A stretch of 64,000 bases of DNA from assembly GCA_008632985.1 (NCBI GenBank), contig QPGO01000039.1:186001-250000 (forward strand), written 5' to 3'. Source of the stretch: Psammoneis japonica. Its lineage: Eukaryota. A program made the position numbers and the translations under genes. Under the pieces are notes generated by a model, which searched no databases, was not told where the DNA came from, and saw only the letters and a program-made list of their open reading frames with translations. Position 1 is the first letter of the stretch. Every line of letters starts with the position of its first letter. This document shows positions 25,793-39,413 of the stretch, one piece after another.

Positions 25793-26659
25793 AAACGATT
25801 ACTCTTCGGTGTACCTGTGGTGCATTACCCATTTCGGAAAGGTAAAGTCTATCAGAATTGGATGTGGTGTGTGATGCTACGACGCGGTGATTTGGTGAAC
25901 GAGACCTATCAGTAATTACTTTGGCTAATGGTAACGCTACGACTTTATATGTTCAGAAACCAGGATGAGCGACGAATCAAACTTTTTTCGATACCTATTT
26001 GTGCATGTTTTTTTAAGTTGTGATCAAGAGCATTTCTCCTTTTGCTTTCCACCAGTTGGCGGACGTGCTCGTTTGTTCGTGTTTTCCGGTTTAGAAATGC
26101 CGATGAAACTTCTTCGTCACCACTTGTGTCTGTCCCTTGGATTCTCCACGTCTTGGGTACTAGTCTCTTTTCTTTGTGAAAACATTTTAGGGCTCAATCA
26201 GGAGCACGAAACAAACGCTACTACTACTAGCTAGTAGTAGCTAGCTCCTGGATCAAATAGCGGGTGGGGCGGGTCGCGAGAAAAAAAGCGCAGAAAACTT
26301 GGACTCATGACTCGTTTCCGATTCACTATCGCGTTTGTGTACAGAATTTGTGCGTTGAATCCCACTTGGTCGGCGGCAAGTTTGACAGAGCTGACGCACG
26401 AGTTTTGCGCGCACCCAACGGATGCTCTCAACGCTGGTACAAAATCAACGTAGGACCTACAGCCTTTTTGGAATGTCTGCCTGCCTTGTCAAAACCGACG
26501 ACTGGGTGACACGGCCTCTTTTTTGTTCTGCGAACACACATCAACCGCGATAATAATTGTTGCGAGAAAAGAGGGAGCGGGTTTCAATATGAATTCTGGT
26601 TTCCCGATGCATGACTAGAAATTACTCTTTACAACAAGACAAGGAGGTGTCTTAACAAG

Positions 26660-28385
26660 ATGGAATTGACAACACAACACGAAGCAACGATAGAGTTGGA
26701 ACACGAGAGTGCAGAAGAGACTTTCCCTTTTGCACTCTCATCTCATAATGTGACGATGCCGTTTGAGTCGAGCAAGGGACTCCTTCCATTTTCGGATGGT
26801 GGAGTCGCTTCTGTGGCATACACGTCTTGCAGTGAGTCTATAGGAACTAGCAGTTTTCTTCACGATAGACCTTCACTTTCTTCGTCGACCCAACACTTTG
26901 GAGGTGCGCCATACACGACAACACCAACGACGACTGACTCGAGTACAACAAAAACTCCAAGTAGTAGGAGTATCACACTTGAGCGGCAAAAACAACAGCA
27001 TCAAGCGAAAAGCAACAATAACGATATTACAACATCATCACCCATACATACAACCGTATCGCAACTGGCAAGTACAACCATAATGCATAGCCATGCGAGT
27101 CTCGATGAATCTGAGATTCGTAAGGAGAGTTTCCATGTCGATCGAGATCAGTCTATAAACAGGAGTGGTGTACGAAGGTCTTTAAATTATTCACAATTGA
27201 TGGAACGTGCAGATGATGCAACATTGTCAACTATACCGCTTACTCAATCGTACTATATGCCGCCCTTGGTGGAAGAACACGAGGATGGACAACAATTGGG
27301 TCCATCGTCGTCACTGGAAAACCATGACGATGGGTGGCTTGATGCCATGAATGCCTGGGTGACTGGAAATGGTAGTCAAGCAAGGCTATCAAATCCGTCA
27401 TCCTCCCTTACTGCGTCCTCTCCCAAGAAAATGTCGCAACCCTTACCTGCTAATGCACTTGCAGACACGTTTGGAGCGAAAATAACGCTACCCGATGGTA
27501 TTGAAGCTTGTCAAATGAGTCACACGCAAATGGAAGTTCGACTTGTTCTCAATGATCAATCAATGCAAGAATCAAGAATGAATAATCATTTGGTGCCAAC
27601 CGTTCAAGAAATCATGGATGTTATTAGCAATCCTGAACTGTTGGGACTATGGTGCGAGCCGGTATCTGCCGTAATTGTGACAAACACGAGTGATGGCGCA
27701 AGAGGAGTATCAAGCCATTGTCCAGAACAAGATCGTGGGCGAATGGTGAGCTTGTGTTTTGTTTCTTGACTAATGGGTGCCGTAGTCGATAGTCTTTTTG
27801 CATGCGAGAATTGCTCACGCCGTCGATTCATTTACTCTTTTCTGGTAGTATGATGGAGAATGGATTGAAGGGACTACAAATATGCTAGTGACACCTTCAA
27901 GTCACTTGCATTACTTTTATATGCTTGGGAATATATTTTGGTCATCACTGGGTTTCCCGTCTTATGGAAAGGTAACAATGTTTGTCGAGCGTCAGCGCGG
28001 GCAGGTTGGAATGACCCTTGGTCCGTTTCCAGATGGTCTTGTAGCGTCGCATACATTTGTTATTCAAAGTGAGGAGAATGGGAGTGTGTCGGTTGTGAAC
28101 AAACTGGAGATGCGGTATGAAAGCGAAGACGGCGATTCGTCGTGTCATTGCAATTTGTTGCAACCATTAGAGCAAATGTTTTCGTCCCAGAACAAAGGAT
28201 ATCTCGAACAAGCGGTTTCAAGCATGCGGCATTTGAGGCATTTGCTACAAGAGGGCGGAGAAGTTGGTGCTTTTATCATGGATTCTGGATCAATGGAAGG
28301 TGATTTGACAGACGATTTTGCAGTTGTAAAAAAGGATCCTGGAGGGTTAACGGATACGACCGCACAAACGCCACTTCTTGGCTAA
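26660..28385 (+). CDS. Hypothetical protein, Ser/Thr-rich N-terminus plus possible SRPBCC/START-like domain; intron 27746-27848
   Basis: Two long ORFs joined in frame by GTGAG...TAG; VQEIMDVISNPELLGLWC resembles an SRPBCC N-terminal helix. Confidence 0.7.
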
Positions 28386-28538
28386 ATTGCTAGTGAGAAG
28401 TTAATGATCGGTCTAATTCAAACCATGCACAATTGTAGCTGCAAGACCTCCATTTTAGGAAGTTCCAGTCAGCCCCAGTTTAAATATGTCTGCTTCAGTT
28501 CATGTTCATAATTCCTTCGACATTAGCCAGATGCAACT

Positions 28539-30328
28539 CTACAAATAGTTGTAGGGTTCCATCATTTTTCGGTCAAGCTCCTGTCGAGAACATTCCTCGA
28601 GTGTTACCGAAGTATAAAAACCAGTTTGTTCTGTACTTGTTGCGGCGACGACGGCCAAGTGTATGTCTTTCGAAGGTCCTTCACCATCGCTATCATCACT
28701 ACCTGAAACGTTTAAAATCTCGCTGCATACCTTTCCGTCATTGAATACAGGGCGTCCCAAATAAGCGCCCGCTCGTGGAATGTTAAATGTCACGCTTGCT
28801 GTGCAGTCTGTGTCGTTAGTAAAGCCCAATCTTGGAATGCAATCTGTGTCGCAATGCCTTGCTTCCACAGTCAGTCCTAGGTTCACCTCCATGGGACCAC
28901 CACCCGTTGCGGCGCCCTTGTTGTCTCCACTAATCACATTAACGAGTGCGCAGTTTGCAGTTTCGGCTCCAAAACCTCCTCCTGGTTCACCCAAATTCTT
29001 TGCAGGGTCTCGATCAAACTCGTTTTCTCTTACAAGACCAACCCACACATCTCCGTCACAGGCCATGTCGGCACGTAGTCGTACACGAACGAGAAAGTAG
29101 CGAGTTTCGGGTGCGTTTGAGAGCACCAAAACCGGTCTGGATGCACGTGCGTAGTAAAAGCAATAGTCACGTACTCGTCTGGGTGCGATAGCCGCAGCTT
29201 CATTTGTCGTTATGGTGTTTTGCGTTGTCCAAGTACGACAATGGATCCGAGTAGCAAAAACGTTCGTATTGTCGTTGGCATCTCTTGTATCGCTCTCTTC
29301 GTCTTCTTCTCTGACCACCATCAGTTGCAGTCCCTCCCGGCAGTAGCACCACCCTCCATTATAATGATGCTGCAGATCGGGCGAACAAAAATCAAATTGT
29401 AGAGTTCGCGTTGTTCGCCACCACTGCTCGTGGTGTGTATGTATTTGCCTTCCTGTCGCGCCCTCCGAACGTCCATTTCCCATGGCATCAACTGGACTCC
29501 ATCCACAGTCATGCCGGCTTGTCGACGAATGTTCCAAATATTGTCGTCATTATCCTGTCGCCAATCATTGTTGTTGTCTTGTTGCTCTCGATATTGTTGC
29601 AAAGCCCGTTGGGCACGCCGCTCTACGACGGTCCGTACAAATCGCGAAACGACGGACCATTGACCACGATCGCGCACCGTGCAATACTGTTCCAAAATCA
29701 AAAGTAATAGCGGACGAGGAAGAATGTTTTCGATAAAATCCACAAACAAGGATGGTTGGTCTTCGTGATTTGTCTCTTCATGGCTTATTATTTCTTCCGA
29801 AACGCCTTCATCCTTTTCTTCAGTCGTTTGTATTACGGATGAATTACTGCTAGTATTTGCTTCCAAGAAATCTTGACCCGCCTGTATGCATTGCATAATG
29901 CAGGGTATACCAATCTCCACCTCGGCTTGTACAGCTTCAAGCAGTTGTGTCTGTATGTGATCTTGTTGACTATGGTTTTCGTTTTCGTTTTCCAAACAAG
30001 AACGTACGATTACAGAAAGCAGAGGCGCCTCGTCGGGGTACCGCGCTGGGTATTCGACCCTCAAATAATAACTAAACAAGCAAGGGCTACAACCATCGTC
30101 GGGGTTATTATTATCTTCTGACGCCAATCGGATCGTATACTGAATTGGATACTCATAGGACGAACTATCGTCGTCGATATCGCAACCAGCAGAACCAGCC
30201 TGCAGACGTTCTTTGGCCGACACGAGTTGAAATTCCTCGGGATAAATCAAGGACAAGGCCACCACCTCTTGAACTTGCGCCTCGGCGTGTTCAGCATCTG
30301 GAACAACAGCAGAACAGGATGTCGCCAT
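28539..30328 (-). CDS. RWD-domain protein with F-box-like segment and beta-rich C-terminus; frame change near 29440
   Basis: QVQEVVALSLIYPEEF and LRVEYPARYPDEAP (RWD); LPRPLLLLILEQYCTVRDRGQWSVVSR (F-box-like); two overlapping ORFs. Confidence 0.65.
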
Positions 30329-31101
30329 TGAAATAAGCTGTTCTCTTGAGGTGTTGTGTGTTGTTTTTCGTTGTTGTTCTTGCGTTTTGTTCCTGTGGGT
30401 TTTCGGTTTCTCCGACTTGTGACAACAGTGAAATCAGGCATAGTCGGTTGTGCTGCTCAAAATGATGACGTGGCTCGGCTAGCGCCGCGGCTCTTAGAGT
30501 ACCGGTAGGCTACGGCTATTACTGCCAGTAAGCCAACAAACGTAACATCAAATCTCCTCCTCTGTAAGCACACAAAAACACAAGATTTACTCAGCAGTGC
30601 CATTTTCAAAACATGAAATTCATGTAACCAACTGACACACAGTGCAGCGGCTGACATCAATGAGGAGTTTCAGTTTTTTTTTTTGGAAAAAAATGTGAGA
30701 TCAAAAAGCGGACAATTTTTAAAAAATGGCGGGAATTCTCAATACATTCAATCATGTATTTCTATCATAAACACCACTATCGCGAAAAATCAGCGAATAA
30801 GTATATTTTATTATCAGAAGTTACGGATATATGTGTAATGATCATATTAATATTTGAATTATAATAATTTGTTCACTATCAATATATATCTATTAACTAC
30901 TAAAGGATTATATTCACGAAACTATCCGTTGCAAACTCGATACTCACCACTCGCTCATTATGTTTTGCGAGGTGATCGACATCGCCACAACATGATACAC
31001 TCGCAAAAGAGGATCGATACGTTCCTCCTTCGCAGAAACTCACACAACATTGACCATACTGCACAAACAAGAGAGAAGTGGTGTGTGGTGTTTTTTAGAA
31101 C

Positions 31102-34100
31102 ATGGCGGAAGTGTCGAGTTCACCGCCGTTGTCTCCGGTGTCATCATCGGAGGAAAGTGACGGTGGGCCCATGGCAAAGAAGGTTATCCAACAGTTGATT
31201 GACGATAAACTGGCAGAGGGCTACGTTGTGATCGAAAAAGCTAGTTGTCCTTCGTGTTCGACGTCTCTTGTGAAACGTACCGACTCTAATGATAATGGTT
31301 TGACTGGACCCAGTACATCCAACTTGTCAGCTGGTGGTGAATCCTTTGATAAACCGGCAACGCCAATGGTGGATATTCCATTTTGTGTCGCCTGCGAAGC
31401 CCATGTCGTCATGGAAGAAACCGACGTTGGTGCCTTGAAGAAAGTGCGAAAGGCAAAGGGTAGTATCTTGGTTGCCCTTGAAGAACCGACCGACAAGGAC
31501 GACTCGGCTGGAGCTCAAGACGACGAGAAAAGCACAAATGACGTATCTGCTGAAGAACCTGATGAAACGTTAGAGGAAGTCACCAAGGACGACGAAGCCG
31601 AGACCGAAAGTATGGATGTGGGAGAAGAAGATACGTCGGAAGTAGTCGAGGAGAAACCCGAGGAGAGGGAGGAATCCGATGACTGGGATCAAACTCTCAA
31701 TCTTGGCAACCCCAGAGAGAACTCTGCTCCCACAGAAGAGGAAGCGACTCCAGTCGCAGGGGAAGAGAAGGTTGTATCCACGGACAACGAACCCGTCGCA
31801 GCAGAAGAGGCTTCTGAACAAGATGCTGATACCAATGAAGCCTCCAAGGAAGTAGCTACCAAAGAAGCCACCATGGAGGTTTCGACGGAGGAAGAAGAGC
31901 AAGAAAAAAGTGTATCTTGCTTCTTCTGTATGGATGGAACTCCGCTCGCAGCTGACGAAGAGCATGATGCATCAAGTAGTCGAGGCATTTCTTCCTTCTT
32001 TTTTGGTAGTGCCGTATCCTCGCCAACGGCAGCCACAAAAACAGAACCTACGAAAGCGGACGATGCTTCACCAAAAGAAGGAGCCGAAGAAACCAAGTTC
32101 GACGCCCTCAACGAAGAAGCAGAAGCTGACCGGTGGGCTGAAATGGAGCCGAAGGAACAAGCAGACCCAGACTGGGACAAATCTGTTGTATTGGGACAGC
32201 TGAAGGAAACCGTTCCCGACAACAGCAATGAGATTGTAGACACAAAAGACGCCCCCGTCAGCGACGAAGCAGAACCTACGAAAGCGAACGATGCTTCACC
32301 AGAGGAAGGAGCCGAAGGAACCAAGACTGACGCCGCCAACGAAGAAGAAGAACCAGAAGCTGACTGGGCCGAAATGGGCCAAAGGAGAAGCAGACCCAGA
32401 CTGGGACAAATCTGTTGTATTAGGACAGCCGAAGGAAACCGTACCCGACAGTAGCAACGAGAGCAAAGAGACTGTAACTGTCGAGCCGACACTTGAGGCG
32501 GACTTCAAAATTGAAGTGTTAGACTCCGACGTGATTGTGGAGGAAGTATTGGACTATCCTGAAAGGTAAGCTTGCATTTTCACGCTTTTGTTATCATTAT
32601 ATGGCACTATACAGGTTACTAAACTATCTACCATTTGCATTTTTGCTGGCGCGCTATTTGCAGGAAAGCAATTGCCACAAAAGTCTTGGGAAGTAAAATG
32701 GCCCAAGGATACAGACTCCTGGCGACTCCTTGTGACGAGTGTGGAATGCCACTAGTGACAAATGAAGAGGAGACCGAATGCGCTGCGTGCCCGGCCCTTT
32801 TTAAGAAGGCCAAAAAGGTTCTCGAAGAAGAGGCTAGGAAACGCGAAGCGGATCGTCCTGCGAGGGAAGCTCGATTGGCGGAAGAGGCTCGCTTGGCAGA
32901 GGAAGCTAGGCTACGTGAGGAGGCACGTCTCGCAGAGGAAGCTCGTCTCGCAGAGGAGGCACGTATCGCGGAAGAAGCTCGCTTGGCCGAAGAAGCTCGT
33001 CTCGCAGAAGAGGCCCGCCTTGAAGAGGAAGCTAGGCAAGCTATTCTTCGTGAGGAGGCTCGTCTTGCTGACGAAGCTCGGTTGGCGGAAGAGGCGCGCT
33101 TGGAAGAGGAAGCAAAGCTCCGTGAGGAGGCTCGTGTTGCTGAAGAGGAGCGGAAAGAGGAAGACAAACGCTTAAACGCTAGTTTGTTGGAAGAAACGAA
33201 ACGACTTGAGGAACTGGAGCTGACGAAAGAAGATCAAGAACAACCTGCAGACGAGGCTGATGATGATGTCGAGTCCGTAGCTGGTCCTCCATCGCCTTCT
33301 TCTCTCGATGACTCTGTTGAAGCCAGGGAAGTCGTGAATCCAACAGAAAATCAGAGCGTCGAGGATCTGAAAGAAGAGTTCGAAGTGAAGCGGAAGAAAG
33401 TAACCAAAGCCATTGGCAAGAGAATGGCCAAGGTTGGTCATTGCTCGATATGTCGTGTCCAACTTGCGCCATGCCACTCATGGGTGATCCCAAGGGTGGA
33501 CCCGACACCTGTGTTCTCTGTGGTCCCGTTGCGTTGCCGTCTTCCGTTGAGAAAGGCGAGCAAGCTGATGACGCCGATGTCATTGAAGAGTCGCCGTCTG
33601 TTGCGAAAGACGACAAGCTGATGACGCTCCTGTCGTTGCAGAGGAGAACCCACGGGCGCCTACCCTTCGCCGCAAAATGTCGAGGAAGAGGCAAGATTTC
33701 TTGAGGTCGAAACCAAGGTTTACGAGGCAGTCGAGGAAGACGAAAGAATTCTTGAGGTCGAAACCAAGGTTTACGAGGACGCTCCGGCTACAGCTGAAGA
33801 AGGTAACACTGATAAGGAGAACCCTGCCGACGTCAAAACAGTGCCGAATGCAGGCGAGGAAAGCGAAAAAGTGTCGGAGGGTGAAACCAAACCTGACAAG
33901 GAAGCCGCCGACTCTAAAACAGCGCCGATGCCTGACAAGAAGAAATCCGTCAATACAGGTATGACCTTGCAGATCCCTTCAGACTTTGACTTGAATGATG
34001 AAAATGCGCTGAGAGCTCTTATAGCCTCTACCCAAGCTGGGACGACGACGGCAGTGGTTGACGTGACGCAGCAGGAGGTTGTATCACCAATACACATGCA

Positions 34101-34743
34101 CGGTGATTTTCCAGACAACTCTAATCCGAAGAAAAAGAGCTTTAAGGAAGAGGATGATAAGCTCAAAAGGCTTGAAATGCATGCCTTGGGACTACTTCCC
34201 ACACCCAAGACAAATATGAATGAGACTCCGCCAAAGCCTAACGGTTCTCGCCATTCTCATGGTAGTCCATCCCCTAGGCCTACACCTGATGGGGGGCTAC
34301 GACGAGTTCGCTCTCCTCCCATGAGGAGTCCTGAAGTTTCTCGTTCGACACCAATGAAACGCGGGACACCACCGCGCCCTCCAACTTCTAGGTCGAAAGG
34401 CCCGCCTCGTCCCGACGGCAAGCTTTGCCCGCCCAAACAACAATCACGTACATTATTGGCATCGCCACCCAAACCAGCGTCGTCTGCTGGTGAAATGACG
34501 GCGACGCCTTCGCCACCCAGAGTAATCTCGGCTGGTGGTGGTGGTGACGTTGCAGATGACGAGACGATTGCAACGTTTGCGAGCAGTGCCTACGATACGA
34601 TTATGCTTCGGCTTGAGACGGCCAAGGAGAAAATGTTGGAAGGAAATGCACCTGTGTCGGAACAGGTGCAGACTGCCCAGCTTATAGAGCAACTGGCTAC
34701 TGCGGCGGTTGCCATGAAGAAGTTGGAGGAAATCGGTGGATAA
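31102..34743 (+). CDS. Large acidic protein with three Auto_anti-p27 (SSSCA1/ZNRD2-like) zinc ribbons and EEARLA coiled-coil repeats
   Basis: KLAEGYVVIEKASCPSC, KMAQGYRLLATPCDECGMPL, RMAK-GWSLLDMSCPTCAMPL; intron from 32566 (GTAAG) to about 32662; small frame breaks near 32380, 33432 and 33640; ~228-bp internal repeat 32041-32460. Confidence 0.75.
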
Positions 34744-34981
34744 AATGTCGATGAGAATCGTTTCTTATTCCATAGTTTTAGGAGTGTTGTTTTAGTCGAA
34801 ACCCTTACATGTCACACTACGCTTTGATTTTTTTAAAGCTTGTTGATTAGACTAGCTGGTGTTTTGTCAGCAGATCGGTCCTTACCTCTAATGTCCTCCA
34901 GAGAGACTCACACAGACAGCGTCTTGATATGGAGTATTGTGAGTTTGAAGAGAGGAAATTTAGACGGCCAGGGAAGGCAAA

Positions 34982-35567
34982 GGTGGTGGTGACGTTGCAG
35001 ATGACGAGACGATTGCAACGTTTGCAAGCAGTGCCTACGATACGATTATGCTTCGGCTAAAACCAGCGTCGTTGTGGTGAATGATAGTTGACCAGAGTAA
35101 TCACGGCTGGTGGTGGTGGTGACGTTGCAGATGACGAGACGATTGCAACGTTTGCGAGCAGCGCCTACGATACGATTATGCTTCGGCTTGAGACGGCCAA
35201 GGAGAAAATGTTGGAAGGAAATGCACCTGTGTCGGAACAGGTGCAGACTGCCCAGCTTATAGAGCAACTGGCTACTGCGGCGGTTGCCATGAAGAAGTTG
35301 GAGGAAATCGGTGGATAAAATGTCGATGAGAATCGTTTCTTATTCCATAGTTTTAGGAGTGTATGTTTTAGTCGAAACCCTTTTTATATTTACATGTCAC
35401 ACTACGCTTTGATTTTTTTAAAGCTTATTGATTAGCTGGTTTTTGTCAGCAGATTGGTCCTTATGTACCTCTTGTGTCCTCCAGAGACTCACGCAGCGTC
35501 TGATATGGAGTATTGAGAGTTTGAAGGAAGAGAGGAACTGTAGACGGCTAGACCTAGGGAAGGCAAA
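34982..35567 (+). repeat. Tandem duplication of the 3' end and 3' flank of the preceding gene
   Basis: 34982-35058 copies ~34536-34612, and 35060-35567 copies ~34471-34981 almost identically in the coding part. Confidence 0.9.
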
Positions 35568-36025
35568 GAAGAGACTCTTCGGTCGCGGTGTGTCTAGGCT
35601 AGATACTGCAACTGTGTCTGGAGATACCGAAGAAAAAGTAGCAAACCAAGCCTTAATGTCATGTCTGATAAAAGAAGAGAAGAATTGAAAGGTCTTAAGA
35701 ATTCTTTACTGTAGTGGAAGCCCCTTTTTTTTAAGTGTGTTGCATTAGATTTTTCCGTGTTGGTATCACTGTCAGCCCAACAACAACTACTGCAGTGTTG
35801 TCGAGATAGACTCTCCCCTCAAGACTCGGTTGCAGCGTCTTGATTCGTTTGTTGCCACTGCGTCAAGAGATAGAAAAAGTAGCAAACCAACCCAAATTGC
35901 AGCAAGCTCTGTAACTTATCGGCATACGGAACTTGTTCTTTGTAAGCAACAAGAGCCACGACAGCGCAAGACCTATTATTTGGTTGTATATAGACAGAGT
36001 CACAACAACAACAACAATGATAGAA

Positions 36026-36349
36026 TCAGCCAGAAGCGAGAGAAACTATTGCACATCTTCGTGACTCACATAAAATAATCACGGGGTTTCGAATCGCCGT
36101 TTTCAATAGGGTTGAAATACCACCAACAATTCCGCCTCCACGAAGATTGTGAATGCAACTAGTAGTCGTTGTTGGCAAGAATGGTGGTGGGAGCTCTTCG
36201 AGCTTGGCAGCTGCAAACGGAGGCTTTTTAGAGGACTTTTCGCCGCATAATAAAGAGGGCCGCTGATGCTTCAAGACAAACGTTTCCCCATGGGCAATGG
36301 GTGACAGGAACACTGCCACTAGTAGGCAAAAGTGAAAGAGCGCTACCAT
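36026..36349 (-). CDS. Small secreted/membrane hypothetical protein (first exon)
   Basis: Signal peptide MVALFHFCLLVAVFLSPIAHG, LRGG motif, GTGAGT donor near 36069. Confidence 0.5.
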   Translation of the reverse strand: MVALFHFCLLVAVFLSPIAHGETFVLKHQRPSLLCGEKSSKKPPFAAAKLEELPPPFLPTTTTSCIHNLRGGGIVGGISTLLKTAIRNPVIILCESRRCAIVSLASG

Positions 36350-36603
36350 CGTGCTTTTGTGATTGGAGAAGATGCGGGATCGGCTCATGGCGTCGCTCGT
36401 CGCGCTCGCAAGATTTCAAGATCTTTTTTTTTTTCAGGGCTGAGGCTGGATACGCATTTTATTGCACCTTCAGCTCTGAATACAATTTACCTTATGCATG
36501 AAGGAGTGCACGTCATCAGCAGGGAATGTAGCTCACCAATTGCCCCGTTTCGACAACTTGCGACGACCACAAAAAATTTTGTGATCTGCCTCTTCCGTTG
36601 ACC

Positions 36604-37818
36604 ATGGCGTGTTCTCTTTTTCTTTTTTGCGCAATCCTGGTATTCCCTGACTCAACAACTGCAGCAACAACTGTTTCCTTTATAATGCAACAAACTACAA
36701 GACCTCTCCCGCTGCTGCATGCAACAAGTCTGCCCATTTTGAAAAACGACAACATTGCACAACAACCGCCTGCTCCTCTGACCAATCAAGTTCCACTCAA
36801 AAAGATTCAAGATGAAGAGCTCTGTGATGACAGTCTGTCTCCCTTTCGAGTGGATGTGATTGCTCATCATGGAGCCTCTGGTGTGAGTCCCGATCATGCG
36901 TTGGCGAGTTGGCGAGAAGCCTTTTTGGCGGGCGCCGACTGGATTGAAGTTGATGTGCAGTGCACCAAGGATGGAGTGCTTGTCATTAAGTTGGACCATC
37001 GGCTTTTTTTTTGCACATCTTTTCCGGGTTTTTCTGCATTTTTGACGGGTCATGACAGAAAACAACACGACAAAAGCATGAGCAACAATGATGATGTTCG
37101 CGACGAGCGGTGAGTTGCAAAGTGTCACCTCACGAGGGATGCTCACTGGTTTTGTTGTCGTGATGTGGTGCAGATTGATTTGTGTGCTTTCATCCCTCGT
37201 GCTGCTAGGCCAATTTTGAGAGACAGCGCAATGGCCATCATCGTTGTGCTTCGATCGCGGTGCCTGATGTTGTCGTTTTCAAGGGCGATCGAACAGCTCT
37301 TGTGTTTAAAATTGACAAACACAAATTAACATGTTTAAACACAGTGCCAATTTTAGGACAAACGCTGAAAAAATGGGTCGGCGGTCCCCCTCAATCACAA
37401 TGTCAACTTGGGAGAAACAACCGACATTGCCGACTGGGCATGGGCAGCACCGCTTCGTTGTCAAACCAAGGCCGTGCCGTGTCAGGACGGAGATCCATCC
37501 ACCGTGGAGGGGTGGGTTGTCAAGGATTTGTTGTCAGAGGAAGTCAAGCAATTGCGTGTCAAGGAGAAGAGCAAGTGTTGACCACAAGATTGCAATTTAA
37601 TGTGCGATGTTCCAACACTGGCCAAAACTGCCAACTTTGTGCAAGACATGGTGGACAGTGAACAACGATTGCATCGCACAAACAGTGTGACCAAGTCCAA
37701 GTGGCTTCAAGAATGCAATCAGCACATGTGTCAAAGTGCAGATGTTGCCGACCAAGTCCTTGAGTTGGGCTGCACATTGAAACAAAGTGCCCAGCTTGGT
37801 GTTGATCTCTTGGTTTGC
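36604..37818 (+). pseudogene. GDPD copy A (3'-truncated, interrupted)
   Basis: Colinear with 45607-46410; HRG changed to HHG; 401-bp insertion at 36990; TpA lost from ~36900 onward. Confidence 0.9.
36990..37390. mobile_element. Non-autonomous DNA element inserted at TTAA
   Basis: Empty site GTCATTAATCAC in copy B; flanks TTAA / TCAA; imperfect TIR GTTGGACCATCGGC / GTCGGCGGTCCCCC. Confidence 0.75.
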
Positions 37819-39413
37819 AATCATTTGGTGCACAATGCATTGACAGGCAGAAGCTGCTGGCTTTGCAGAAGGCTTGGTGGACAGCAAATGATCGCATCTC
37901 ACAAGTGGCACAGCCAAGCCCCAGCAGCTTCAAGAAAAGTTGACCATGCTGTCATCATTTTGCTGTGCCACCCATGCCAATGCTGGCCAGAGCAGACCTG
38001 CCATGTTCCACAGCACCCAAAAGCATGGCAGGGGGATCCCCAGCGGGTGCAGTCCAGTGCATCATCGCAAAGCAGCACATGTCACAATGCAGCTGCAAGT
38101 TAAAACAGCAGCCAGCTGGGTGCTTGCCACACAGCAAGAGAAGTCGCTGTGCTTCAAAAAATGGACAAAGCCAGCTGTGCCACACCCAGAGCTGCAAAAA
38201 AGTCATGGAAAGCCAGCCAAGTGTGCAGCTGTCTCTGAAAAAAACACAACACATGAACAGGGAGAGAACAACCTTCCTGGAACAGAAGATGGAAGACAAG
38301 GGTTGGCAAAAAATGCCATCATGCACAGAGAGTTGCACTGTGGGAAGCTGTGCTGAAGCTGGGGCAATGAAGTGTCAAAATGGTCAGTCAATGAAGCCTT
38401 GAAATGTTCAGTCAATGAAGCCTTGAAATGTTCAGTTGAAAGCTTTTCAAGGTCTTGCATCAGAGTGCCAGATGATGTCCTTTTGAAGTTTGAAAGTTTG
38501 CTGCAAGATGGAGACTCAGAACTAGAAAGCTGGCAAGAACAATGTGCAAAGTGACAAAACATGAACAACCATGGCCATCTCAACAACATGCCAAAATGCA
38601 CAGAGTTGCACTTGAAATTTGTGCTGCTGAAGACTGGTGCAAAAATGAGCTGAAATTGTGCAGAGTTTGACATAGAAAATGCGCTGCAGTCTGGGTTGAA
38701 AATGCAAAGGGAGTTGGCATCACAGTGGGGCCAAAACTCCCAAACACTGGCACAGCAAAGTGTCCACCCCAAAACACTTGGTCTTTTGCAAGTCAAAGAG
38801 TGAGCATGAAAATTGATGTGAGAGAAGATGACATGTGCCTCAAGCAGGTTTCTCTGGTTGTTTGATTTAACTGAGTGTCCATCAGCACAAGCACCACCAT
38901 CAGAGGGCAAAATGCACTGCCCCTGTTGATGGCATTGTCAGCTTCCCTCTACTTGGCCAACCTGCCACCATTGGATGAGGCTGTCAGCTGAGACAGAAGA
39001 AACAAACAGCCAATGGAGAGGATGTGCAGCTTGCAGGAGCCACACACAACCAAATGTGCCTTGTCTTTGCCTTTCATTGCATTGATTGTGTGTCAGTGCT
39101 GAGTCTGCTCTTCCACACTGACAGTGCACAGTGGTGAGACAGGGCCACAATTTCCAAACAGAAAGAAGAATCTTCTTGGGCTGATCCATCTTGGAGATGA
39201 GTTCTCCTGGGCCTGGGTAGCAAGATGTCACCAGGACCAAGAGCTCCGGCTCAAAAAGCCATGCGCTGTCAACGGAAACTGCCACCAACTTGTGACGACA
39301 CAAATGCTACGCTGTCCAAGGCGTTGAGCTCTACCCTCTTGATTACTGAAGGTGCAGGATAAGGTCAAGTGGCACCAATCGACTCCTTATAATTTAGTGC
39401 GTGGCGTGTGGTA

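Noticed and set aside
32860..33150. 18-bp periodic repeat as CRISPR or satellite
   Set aside because: Synonymously variable coding repeat (EEARLA) with no spacers.
32370..33650. Programmed frameshifts in the zinc-ribbon gene
   Set aside because: Scattered small indels also occur near 29440 and 63832; assembly error or decay is more parsimonious.
38385..38436. 21-bp tandem repeat (and 36-bp repeat at ~52813-52900)
   Set aside because: Two to three copies only; ordinary slippage in dead sequence.
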